Shown here piece after piece: positions 1-8,155 of a stretch of 20,000 nucleotides of DNA. The translations under genes were made by a program, and so were the position numbers. This DNA comes from an uncultured virus (IMG/VR IMGVR_UViG_3300044643_000328) (lineage: Duplodnaviria > Heunggongvirae > Uroviricota > Caudoviricetes), in IMG/VR virus record IMGVR_UViG_3300044643_000328, positions 54,184-74,183 of that record. One strand, written 5' to 3'. The notes under the pieces were generated by a model that did no database searches, was not told the origin of the DNA, and was given only the letters and a program-made list of their open reading frames with translations. Numbering within the stretch: the first letter of the stretch is position 1; the number at the start of each line of letters is the position of its first letter.

Positions 1-1
1 A

Positions 2-103
2 TCTAGAAAGGTCACCTTTGGTAAAAGAAAGGGAGGAAGATCACGTAAAAGTGATGGTCCTAAAGATAAGCATGTTAAAAAATACAGAGGGCAGGGGAAG
101 TAG
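2..103 (+). CDS. 3' end of a small, very basic protein ending in KKYRGQGK (5'-truncated)
   Basis: Frame 2 is open from base 2 to TAG at 101-103 and reads SRKVTFGKRKGGRSRKSDGPKDKHVKKYRGQGK*. I recall the C-terminal YRGQG motif from small basic phage proteins. Not in the ORF track. Confidence 0.65.
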   Translation, partial: SRKVTFGKRKGGRSRKSDGPKDKHVKKYRGQGK

Positions 104-136
104 AAATACTTAGCTCTCTAAAAAATATATAGAGTT

Positions 137-793
137 ATGAGAGCACTCGTTATTAGTTACAGTCAAAAGTTTTTTCAGAAACTTTCAGAACTGTTAGTTA
201 AAATATTCATAGTCTTTGTTGGACTATGGATGATATTTGCATTAACCATTCAAGGTTATATGCTCTACTTGCACTTTTCTGGGCAAGAAGATAAGACTTT
301 AGCAATTTCTAACTGGTTCAGTTGGAAGTTTGATGGTACTTTTAAGAATAATCCAGATAATATCTGGTATGAAGAACCTAAGAAGATAGATATATCTTCT
401 GTAAGTAATAAAGTTGTTGTAGGGTCTTTAGCCGGTAACCGCAATTTAGAGTTTGGGCTAAAGAATATTTTAGAAGAGGTAGTTCAAGAGAAAGATTATG
501 AACTAGATAAGACTTCTAATCTTAAAATTACTGCAGAAATTGTATATCTAGATGTATTAAAAACACAGTCTAGTTTTTCAGTGTTACACAACAATAAAGA
601 GTCCGTTGTTATTAGACTTAAAGGCTATTTATACAAAGATGGTAAGGTTGAGAAGAAAGCAATGGTAGAAGAATCAGCTGACGAGGTGAGCATGTCTGCT
701 CTTCTTGTAGATGAAGGAGGTAAGTTTAACCAACAAAATTTAAGTTCTGCTTTAAAGAAGGCTTCTGTTTCATTGGTAAATAAACTATTATAA
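137..793 (+). CDS. Membrane-anchored protein with CsgG/HfaB-like C-terminal domain
   Basis: N-terminal hydrophobic segment. The C-terminus GKFNQQNLSSALKKASVSLVNKLL parallels VKFNQSTISIATKKALDIACARIL of 4520-5251. The stop overlaps the next start (TAATG). Confidence 0.6.
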   Translation: MRALVISYSQKFFQKLSELLVKIFIVFVGLWMIFALTIQGYMLYLHFSGQEDKTLAISNWFSWKFDGTFKNNPDNIWYEEPKKIDISSVSNKVVVGSLAGNRNLEFGLKNILEEVVQEKDYELDKTSNLKITAEIVYLDVLKTQSSFSVLHNNKESVVIRLKGYLYKDGKVEKKAMVEESADEVSMSALLVDEGGKFNQQNLSSALKKASVSLVNKLL

Positions 794-2925
794 TGAAGAA
801 TATTATTACGACACTTTTTGTGACACTTTTTACTTTTATTGTGACACTTTCTTATGGTCAGCAAAAGTTTAAAGCTGCTACATTTGTAGGAGGGTCTTCT
901 CTTAACAGAGGAGATGTTTTTGATTATATCATTTATGGTAATGGTATGAACAATAACACTACACGTCAGTTGTTATTTGATGTACAGTATGATAGAGATA
1001 ACTTTGAAATAGTATCTGTAGATCACACTGGTACTGGAGGTAACGGTGGTATTTTGCCACAACAGTCTACTATTAGTTTATCTTGGTATAATTACCCAGG
1101 ATATAATTTTGTACCTGTAACATCTGGATCTAGTAGTAATACTACTACTAACGGTACTACTAATTATCAGTATGCTCAGTATAACTATGCTGCTAATAAT
1201 CCGTATGCTATTTTAAGAACTACATTATCTTGGGCTACTAACTCAGCTATGCCTTATAGCGGGTACAGTGATTTTATTAGAATAAGATTTAGACTTAAAG
1301 CTGCATCTACTGCATATACATTTAATCCTATTAAACTAAACTTTGTAGCTGGTTGGAACGATGCTGGCCAATATGATAATACTGTAATGGAAACTCCATT
1401 ATCTACAGCAGTAGTTATGAACCAGAACTTTGGTAAGTATGTAACAGCTAAAGTGGATGTAAATTCTAACTTGTATAGCTTATCAAATTTAAAAGTATCT
1501 TTTAGAGACACTCTTACTAATACAGGAGTGCTATTTCCTATTACATCTACAGGAGAAGTTGATATTAATCAAAACTCTTTAGCTGCTAATAAGGTGTATG
1601 AAGTTAGTGTAATGCATGAGATGGACAAGTTGTATACTATCTATGGTAATGCAATCACTATATCTGATTTTACTACAGCTCAAGGTGAATTCTCATCTAT
1701 GGGTCTGGACGGTTCAAGAGGTCAAAGTATTAAAACTGGCCAATCATTATATGCTGCAGATATTAATCGTAATAAGACGATTGATGGTGGTGATCTACCA
1801 CAATTGCTAGCACAAGTAGCTGGTATAGATACTTTATTTATGCTTCCTACTGGTTATACTGTTGGAAGTGGTGGTCATATGAGTCTTCCAACATGGAAAG
1901 CATCAGATGTTATGACTATTGCTGGTCAAGTAGAATGGGGTTATGTAACACCTGGTTCTTCATCTAGTAGTTTACGTATTGATATGAGAGAATTTCCTGC
2001 TGGTGTAGCTCCAAACACTATTAAAAGTGTTCAATTGTTTGACATATACACTGGACCAGTTGAATATGTATCTGAAGATGCTACATGGGCGTTATATACT
2101 GTACCATCTAGTTTAATTAAAGCTAAAGACGGTAGTTCATTATATGTAAGCTCTATACGTAATATTAATAATCAGAATGTTGATTACGGTTTAAGAGCTG
2201 AGTTTTCATTTGATGCAGATGTTAACCGTTCTTGGGGAACAATTACTGCAGCTAACTGGAAAAACATTACATACCCTAAGACTTACTTTACAACAGGTAC
2301 GCTTGGTACTAATGCTATTTTAGATCTTAAGTATCTTTTATGGGGTGATGTAAATAGATCTCATTCTTCTCAAGTTGTTACAAGTTCTGCCGGTACAGCT
2401 ACTGTGCAAACTAATGCTGTTAATAGTTTAGCTACTAATTCTGCATTCCAAACACAATCTATGCAGACTCAGGCTACAGGAACTTCTTTAAATTCTACAG
2501 CTGATATTAGCTCAATTGATGTAAATCTTAATAACCTCACTGTAACTTCTAATACTATTGAAATTCCAGTAAGCGTAGATACTAAATCATCTAGTGTTTC
2601 TGGTCTTCAGTTTGAGTTTACCTTTGATCCTGCTAAGATTAAGTTTGAAGAGCTATTAGCTACTGTACCAAATACTTGGTATGTGTTTGCTAGTTCTAAA
2701 GATGGACGTGTTAAGTTTGGTGCTCTAGATAAGAATAACTCTGAAGTTATTACTGGAGTTAAAGTTCCTTTTAAACTTAAGTTTAGTACAATTGGTCAAG
2801 GTGTTGATATTGTTACATCTGTAAAAGTTAGTCCGCTTATGGATGCTGCAGATGCAAAAGGAAATCAGTTAGGAATTAATCTTAACTCTACACAAATTAA
2901 GTTAACCGGTTATAATAATTTCTAA
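793..2925 (+). CDS. Secreted cohesin/dockerin-like domain protein, 710 aa
   Basis: Signal peptide ending SYG|QQ. N-terminal cohesin-like segment (FDVQYDRDNFEIVSV), dockerin-like Ca loop AADINRNKTIDGGDL, GDVNRS motif and C-terminal cohesin-like segment (IEIPVSVD..VSGLQFEFTFDPAKIKF). This layout resembles Bacteroidota cohesin/dockerin proteins. Confidence 0.7.
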   Translation: MKNIITTLFVTLFTFIVTLSYGQQKFKAATFVGGSSLNRGDVFDYIIYGNGMNNNTTRQLLFDVQYDRDNFEIVSVDHTGTGGNGGILPQQSTISLSWYNYPGYNFVPVTSGSSSNTTTNGTTNYQYAQYNYAANNPYAILRTTLSWATNSAMPYSGYSDFIRIRFRLKAASTAYTFNPIKLNFVAGWNDAGQYDNTVMETPLSTAVVMNQNFGKYVTAKVDVNSNLYSLSNLKVSFRDTLTNTGVLFPITSTGEVDINQNSLAANKVYEVSVMHEMDKLYTIYGNAITISDFTTAQGEFSSMGLDGSRGQSIKTGQSLYAADINRNKTIDGGDLPQLLAQVAGIDTLFMLPTGYTVGSGGHMSLPTWKASDVMTIAGQVEWGYVTPGSSSSSLRIDMREFPAGVAPNTIKSVQLFDIYTGPVEYVSEDATWALYTVPSSLIKAKDGSSLYVSSIRNINNQNVDYGLRAEFSFDADVNRSWGTITAANWKNITYPKTYFTTGTLGTNAILDLKYLLWGDVNRSHSSQVVTSSAGTATVQTNAVNSLATNSAFQTQSMQTQATGTSLNSTADISSIDVNLNNLTVTSNTIEIPVSVDTKSSSVSGLQFEFTFDPAKIKFEELLATVPNTWYVFASSKDGRVKFGALDKNNSEVITGVKVPFKLKFSTIGQGVDIVTSVKVSPLMDAADAKGNQLGINLNSTQIKLTGYNNF

Positions 2926-2926
2926 G

Positions 2927-3304
2927 ATGAAAGAAACAAATAAACTATTAGCTATCTATCTTATTCTTGTAGCAACTCTTATAGTGTATGCTTGTACTAA
3001 GATAGACATTCCAGCTCCAGAGCCTATTAATATGGGGGTAAAGTCAGAAGCTACTGCTATTAAGTCAATCACTCAAGTAGGTAACGTAGTTACAGCTGAG
3101 TTTGCAACTACAGTGGGAGCTAAATATTCTGTACAGGTAGTACCTTTTGGTAAAGAAGATCCTGTAAAGAAAGAAGGCTTCACTGCTACAGAAGAAGTAA
3201 CTAAAAAAGTATATGATCTATCTAGTTTGAATAAACAAGATTATGATTTTATCTTTATAGATATAAACGGTAAAGAAGTAAAACATCCAATAATTATAAA
3301 ATAG
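2927..3304 (+). CDS. Lipoprotein whose body resembles a T9SS type-A C-terminal sorting domain
   Basis: Lipobox-like IVYA|C. Ends in YDLSSLNKQDYDFIFIDINGKEVKHPIIIK, similar to the CTD pattern DxSxL..GxY......KxIxK. Confidence 0.55.
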   Translation: MKETNKLLAIYLILVATLIVYACTKIDIPAPEPINMGVKSEATAIKSITQVGNVVTAEFATTVGAKYSVQVVPFGKEDPVKKEGFTATEEVTKKVYDLSSLNKQDYDFIFIDINGKEVKHPIIIK

Positions 3305-3310
3305 AATATC

Positions 3311-3628
3311 ATGTCAGAAGAAACACAAGAAGGAACCTGGTCAAGTCTTAAAAAGACTGTAGTAGGTGTATTAGGTACTGTTGTTACAGCCGGTGGTGTA
3401 TGGTTAAGTACACTATTAGGTGGTGGAGATAAAGAAGCAGCTCCTGCTCCAGCTCCAGCCCCTGTAATTAATATTACTAACTCTAACCAACAAGCTCAAC
3501 AAGCTGGTGGAGGTACTAAAGTAATTGAAAGAGTAATTGAAAAACCTGCAGCTCAGCCAGCTCAACCTGCTGCTAAAGTTAAAAAGAAAGAAGGTGATGA
3601 GTTTAAGGAAGAAGCTCCAAAGTGGTAA
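3311..3628 (+). CDS. Single-pass membrane protein with Pro/Ala/Gln-rich tail
   Basis: One hydrophobic segment (VVGVLGTVVTAGGVWLSTLL), then APAPAPAP and QPAQPAA. Confidence 0.75.
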   Translation: MSEETQEGTWSSLKKTVVGVLGTVVTAGGVWLSTLLGGGDKEAAPAPAPAPVINITNSNQQAQQAGGGTKVIERVIEKPAAQPAQPAAKVKKKEGDEFKEEAPKW

Positions 3629-3647
3629 TTAATTAATAAACATTTAT

Positions 3648-4277
3648 ATGGAAAACAACACACAACCTAGTGGTTTTAAAGAACTACTTAGCTCTATGAT
3701 GATGAGACGCTGGTTTATTACAGCGTTAGTACTTGGATCTTTTATGCTTATTATAGCTGGTATCTTTACCGCTATTACTTATGGTACAGCAATCCAAGGT
3801 GAATGGAAAGAATTATTATTATTATTGTTGGGAGCTTTCATTGGCTCTTATGGTAAGATTATTGATTACTGGTTCTCTGATACAGACAAGGATAAGATGC
3901 TTGTACAGAAGATGGATGAAGAAGACGGAGTTTCAATGTCTAATACTAATGACATGAAAGATTCTCCTAAAAACTATACACCATTAGTAGATCCTGCTTT
4001 CTTAGCTGCTGCTGATAGAGCTAATGCTCAATCACAAGCTTCTAAAGAAGAGGTTAAAGAAGAAGTAAAGTCTGAAGCTCCAGTTGCTGCACCAGCTAAA
4101 AAAGGTGTAGAAATTGATGAGGATGGAGACGGTGTAATGGATGGTCTAGACTTTGATGGTGATGGTAAGATTGATGAATACTTTGCACATCGTCAGTGTG
4201 AGCACGTTTGGGGTGACGTTGATGGAGACGGAGATGAAGAATGTCTTAAGTGTGGCAAGATAAAAGATATTGTTTAA
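3648..4277 (+). CDS. Two-TM membrane protein with acidic DxDGDG loops and a C-terminal CxH...CxxC motif
   Basis: Two hydrophobic helices (residues ~22-45 and ~55-75), then DEDGDG, DFDGDG, DVDGDG and CEH...CLKC. Confidence 0.75.
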   Translation: MENNTQPSGFKELLSSMMMRRWFITALVLGSFMLIIAGIFTAITYGTAIQGEWKELLLLLLGAFIGSYGKIIDYWFSDTDKDKMLVQKMDEEDGVSMSNTNDMKDSPKNYTPLVDPAFLAAADRANAQSQASKEEVKEEVKSEAPVAAPAKKGVEIDEDGDGVMDGLDFDGDGKIDEYFAHRQCEHVWGDVDGDGDEECLKCGKIKDIV

Positions 4278-4301
4278 CTTAATTAACTCCCATGGATCCT
4301 G

Positions 4302-4523
4302 ATGAACAAAAGAAACAGACTAAGGAGAGTAAACTCTCTCAAAGATATCAGTTTAATGCTGGCCATGTTCTTCCTGCCTTTGGGATACGATCTTTTATTC
4401 AAGACGCTCTTAAACGCTACTGGGAGCTTTTGGGCTACCGATATCATATTCTATTGCTTGTCCGGGGTGTTCTGGCTGTTGTATTGGCTACTTTCCAGAT
4501 ACTCCAATAAACTTAAAGTATGA
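4302..4523 (+). CDS. Small two-TM membrane protein
   Basis: Basic N-terminus and two hydrophobic segments. ATGA overlap with the next gene. Confidence 0.65.
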   Translation: MNKRNRLRRVNSLKDISLMLAMFFLPLGYDLLFKTLLNATGSFWATDIIFYCLSGVFWLLYWLLSRYSNKLKV

Positions 4524-5251
4524 GAAAGAAAATAATATTTGTTGTTATGTTTTTAGCTAGCATGTTCCTTTTGGTTCATGCTGGCTTTTCACAAATAGCT
4601 AAGACTACTACTGAAAACTATAAAGCTTCTTTTGAGAAAGCTATAGACATCAGTCAGTTCTTAGATTATGAAGGGCCTCAGGTTCCTATACAAATCCTGA
4701 AGTGTGGTATATCAGATGATATGTACGAACAATACCCTGAGCTTAAAGAGAAGCGTGTGGGTCTTGGCGTAGCTAATATCTCTATGGAATACCTTGAAAA
4801 CTTAAATAGATTTAAATTTACAGAGGATAAAACAGAGATCAAAAACCGTATGGTGAAGCAGTTTCAGGCTTCCCAAGCTGGTATCTCTGAGAATAAACTA
4901 GATGGTCGTGGTAAGATTAATTTAGCTAAGTACTTTGTTACTATAGAATGCTATGATTACTCTATATCAGAAGACGAATCTGTATATATAAAGGGGGACA
5001 CGAAACAGTTAATGGTTACTCGTATCGGTTTGCAAGTAAGATTTACTGATGCCGAGACGGGGACCATTATATCTGGTTCTGGATTAGGGGAAGCTAAGAG
5101 TACAAAAGAAACTTCAGGTTTATCAGATGCTTCTTTAGACCCTGTTAAGTTTAATCAATCAACCATATCTATTGCTACTAAAAAAGCTTTAGATATAGCT
5201 TGTGCTAGGATCTTAGATAGAATGGTGAAGAAAGGAATCTTCACTAAATAA
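4520..5251 (+). CDS. CsgG/HfaB-family (curli-assembly-like) protein
   Basis: Signal peptide ending GFS|Q. Family-like segments LNRFKFTED, GKINLAKYFVT, IGLQVRFTDAETGTII and a C-terminal helix ATKKALDIA. Confidence 0.7.
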   Translation: MRKKIIFVVMFLASMFLLVHAGFSQIAKTTTENYKASFEKAIDISQFLDYEGPQVPIQILKCGISDDMYEQYPELKEKRVGLGVANISMEYLENLNRFKFTEDKTEIKNRMVKQFQASQAGISENKLDGRGKINLAKYFVTIECYDYSISEDESVYIKGDTKQLMVTRIGLQVRFTDAETGTIISGSGLGEAKSTKETSGLSDASLDPVKFNQSTISIATKKALDIACARILDRMVKKGIFTK

Positions 5252-6609
5252 TGAAAAAGTTTATATTTTTATTCATTGTAGTATTAATACTACCGTTCTA
5301 TGCGTTGTCTCAAACTCTTGTTCAAACATTCATTGATCCTTGTACTAAAGTTGTTTCTACGTTTATTATCCCTATCACTGGTAGTACTACTATTGTTTTT
5401 TATAATAAGTCTCGTGTTTTCACTGCAGCTGATGTCCGCAGTGGTGCATTTAATTCATGGCTTAATCAAGTATATGAAGATTATAGAAAGTTATCTCCAT
5501 GTTCTGTGGCTCAAGCTTCAGTTACTAGCACTCAGATTACAGCCGGTGCTGTATCTGCTGCAGTAAGTGCTGCCGCTTCAGCAGCTGCTTCTACAGCCGC
5601 ATCTTCAGCTGCCGCTAGTGCAGCGTCATCAGCCGCTAGTTCTGCGGCTTCTTCTGCTTCTAGTAGTGCAGCATCATCTGCAAGTTCTTCTGCAGCAAGT
5701 TCAGCTTCATCTTCTGCTAGCAGCTCTGCTAGTAGTTCAAGCAATTCTCAAGGATCGAGCTCGGAATCTAGCAGCAGCAGCTCATCTAGCAGCGGGGAGA
5801 GTTCATCTAGTTCTGAATCTAGTAGTTCTGAATCATCTAGTAGCTCAGAATCTAGTTCTGAGTCTAAATCAGAATCTAAATCAGAATCAAAATCTAGTGG
5901 TGGATCTAAATCTAAGAGTGCCGCCAAGGGCCCTGCTAAAGTAAATCCTATATTATTTAACTCTGACTTTACTGGTGGGCAAAGTCTAGATAATAGTTTC
6001 AGTGTTATTATGACCGGTGGGATATCTCAGTCTTCTATGACTGGACAATCTTCCTGGGGACTAACCGGTATGGTGTGGAGCAACCTTCAACAGTTTGCTC
6101 TTAGTGGTAGATATACAGCTATGCATTTTGATGAAGGTAAACTTCAAGGTATATCTAACTTTGGTGCTACAGTAGCATACGCATTTGGTACTAAGTTTGG
6201 TTTTGCAACTTATGCGTATATTAAACCTCTTGGTAAATGGGGTGTAACTGGTGTCAATTACACTTTAAGCTTTGCTGAGGCGGCTTATCAACCTGATCCT
6301 GCAGCAGAAGCAGCTAGTCAATTTAGTTTGACTAGTTCTATTCTATTGTTTTATACTAAACCGTTTACTTTAACTAAACGATTGTCTATATCTCCTGATA
6401 TATACTTATCAGGTAGTCCTTTAGTTTATCTTACTAAAGAAGGTACATTCACTGAATCTAATGATGTAGGTATACTGACAGGCTTTGGTGTTGACTATTC
6501 TATTACTAAAAGATTTAAATTCAACATGGGTCTCAAGACTAGTATTTCTACTAATCCTGAGATACCTATGCTGTTTTTTGGGGTAGTTGGTTCAAAAATC
6601 AACTTATAA
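5251..6609 (+). CDS. Exported protein: small N-terminal domain, Ser/Ala-rich linker, putative outer-membrane beta-barrel
   Basis: Signal peptide ending ALS|Q and a ~125 aa S/A/E linker. The C-terminal ~220 aa show alternating amphipathic strands rich in G and aromatics (e.g. LTGFGVDYSITKRFKFNMGLK). Confidence 0.65.
   Translation: MKKFIFLFIVVLILPFYALSQTLVQTFIDPCTKVVSTFIIPITGSTTIVFYNKSRVFTAADVRSGAFNSWLNQVYEDYRKLSPCSVAQASVTSTQITAGAVSAAVSAAASAAASTAASSAAASAASSAASSAASSASSSAASSASSSAASSASSSASSSASSSSNSQGSSSESSSSSSSSSGESSSSSESSSSESSSSSESSSESKSESKSESKSSGGSKSKSAAKGPAKVNPILFNSDFTGGQSLDNSFSVIMTGGISQSSMTGQSSWGLTGMVWSNLQQFALSGRYTAMHFDEGKLQGISNFGATVAYAFGTKFGFATYAYIKPLGKWGVTGVNYTLSFAEAAYQPDPAAEAASQFSLTSSILLFYTKPFTLTKRLSISPDIYLSGSPLVYLTKEGTFTESNDVGILTGFGVDYSITKRFKFNMGLKTSISTNPEIPMLFFGVVGSKINL
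5542..5925 (+). repeat. Low-complexity Ser/Ala to Ser/Glu to SESK coding tract
   Basis: Protein reads AASSA..., then SSSSES..., then SESK repeats. Codons are mixed, with only a degenerate 12-nt unit (gaatctaaatca) near 5860-5895. Confidence 0.9.
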
Positions 6610-8125
6610 CATAACCGTCTTTATTTACTTTACTAATCTTAGTGCCATTAAATACGACAACTTGATTACGTTGTGAGTACTTTTCTATAATCTCACTATC
6701 AAAGTGTCTGAAGTTAGATCCTTCTACACCTATAAAGAAAGCTTTATCTGAATACACACGACATCTGTCTTCTGCATCAGTGATAACTAACGCGTTCATA
6801 TCATTCTTTTCTATAGAATTAATAGCCACATCAATAGTTGTACCACCGTTACAATCAATCATAGAAATACTTATTAAGTCTGTCTTTGATTTTTTAAGAC
6901 GGGTGTCAAATAGATATATGTTGTTGAGCATATCCATTTCTTTTAGCTTAGCTATTAAAGCTTTAGAAAAGTCTATCTTGCTAATAGTATCATCGTTCAC
7001 ATCTCTTACACCACAGCTTGAGCTCATAGATCCTGATACGTCTACATACACATCTACTTTACCTACAGACTTTGTTTCTTTAACCATAAGGTCTTCAGCA
7101 AAAATCTTGCGTAACCTTGGGTGTAAGAATACATAGTCTTCAAGTCCTGATACGTCATCTGCGTTAAATAAATCATCATACTTTACAATCTTTTTAGAAG
7201 AGAAATAAGAAGATGATTTATCAAGAAGCTTTTTGATCTTTTCTTTTAATGACCCTGTTGATAGTTTGATTCTAGCTAAACGAGACTCTATTTGTCTCAT
7301 GTAATTAGGACTAAGTTTACCAGCTTCTTCACCGCCAGAGTTTGTATTAGCTTCTTGGAACATACGATCTTGTACATCTTGGTCAAGATTGTCATCCATC
7401 ATTTTACATGTTTCTTGTGCATCTTTCATCATTCTATCTAACATGTTCTTTGATGTTTGACTATTAAACAGTTTGTCTAAAGCTTTATCTACACCATCGT
7501 TGTCAAAATCAGAAGAGCCGTTCAATCCGTTTTGTACACTCTGATGAGCATCTGGGTCTACATACTCCATTTGAGTCATTTGTAGTAGATAGTACATCAT
7601 CATGTTACGGGTAAATACACTAGACTTTAAATTTGCATTCTCGGTCATAATCTTACCCACAGGATTATTAGCTTTCTCTAAAAATTTATACTTAGTATAG
7701 TTTTTTTCATCACGTTCTTCAAACTCTAACTTTTCCATCTTGTTATAGTACATCTTAAATACATCATACTTAAGATGTGATGGAAACTTGTTATAGTTTT
7801 CATTAACTTTTTGTGCAAAACTGTTGAAGTCTGGTTTTTTATCGTCTGGTATTTTAGCAAAAGCAGCAGTCTTAGAAAAATTATTATATTCATCTTGTAT
7901 TTTTCTAATATTGGTACCGTAAACTTTTAATTGAGACTCTATGATATTCTGTATCTTACGTTCATCAATATAGTGAATGTAAGGTTTAATCATATCAGAT
8001 TTTTTATAGAAGTTTAGCTTGCTAAATAGACCTCCGTCTTCATTATTATAATGAGATTGTATCTCACCTTTCTTTACTTTTTCAAGAATGGTATATACAT
8101 TCTTATATTGTTTTCCTGTTGACAT
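6599..8125 (-). CDS. VWA-domain protein (partner of the MoxR ATPase, ViaA-like)
   Basis: C-terminal MIDAS motif VYVDVSGSMS, plus GGT and VITD. Lies directly downstream of the AAA ATPase. Confidence 0.85.
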   Translation of the reverse strand: MSTGKQYKNVYTILEKVKKGEIQSHYNNEDGGLFSKLNFYKKSDMIKPYIHYIDERKIQNIIESQLKVYGTNIRKIQDEYNNFSKTAAFAKIPDDKKPDFNSFAQKVNENYNKFPSHLKYDVFKMYYNKMEKLEFEERDEKNYTKYKFLEKANNPVGKIMTENANLKSSVFTRNMMMYYLLQMTQMEYVDPDAHQSVQNGLNGSSDFDNDGVDKALDKLFNSQTSKNMLDRMMKDAQETCKMMDDNLDQDVQDRMFQEANTNSGGEEAGKLSPNYMRQIESRLARIKLSTGSLKEKIKKLLDKSSSYFSSKKIVKYDDLFNADDVSGLEDYVFLHPRLRKIFAEDLMVKETKSVGKVDVYVDVSGSMSSSCGVRDVNDDTISKIDFSKALIAKLKEMDMLNNIYLFDTRLKKSKTDLISISMIDCNGGTTIDVAINSIEKNDMNALVITDAEDRCRVYSDKAFFIGVEGSNFRHFDSEIIEKYSQRNQVVVFNGTKISKVNKDGYVIS

Positions 8126-8155
8126 TATTACCTTCTTTTATTTTATTTATGAGAT

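Noticed and set aside
4292..4510. 72-aa ORF overlapping 4302-4523
   Set aside because: The 4302-4523 frame has clear TM helices and an ATGA coupling to the next gene.
5300..5944. Alternative-frame ORFs 5300-5566, 5532-5744 and 5567-5944
   Set aside because: By-products of the low-complexity Ser/Ala tract and of the real gene's codon usage.
137..6609. Canonical curli operon or classical lysis cassette
   Set aside because: No curlin repeats, no recognisable CsgE/CsgF and no endolysin.
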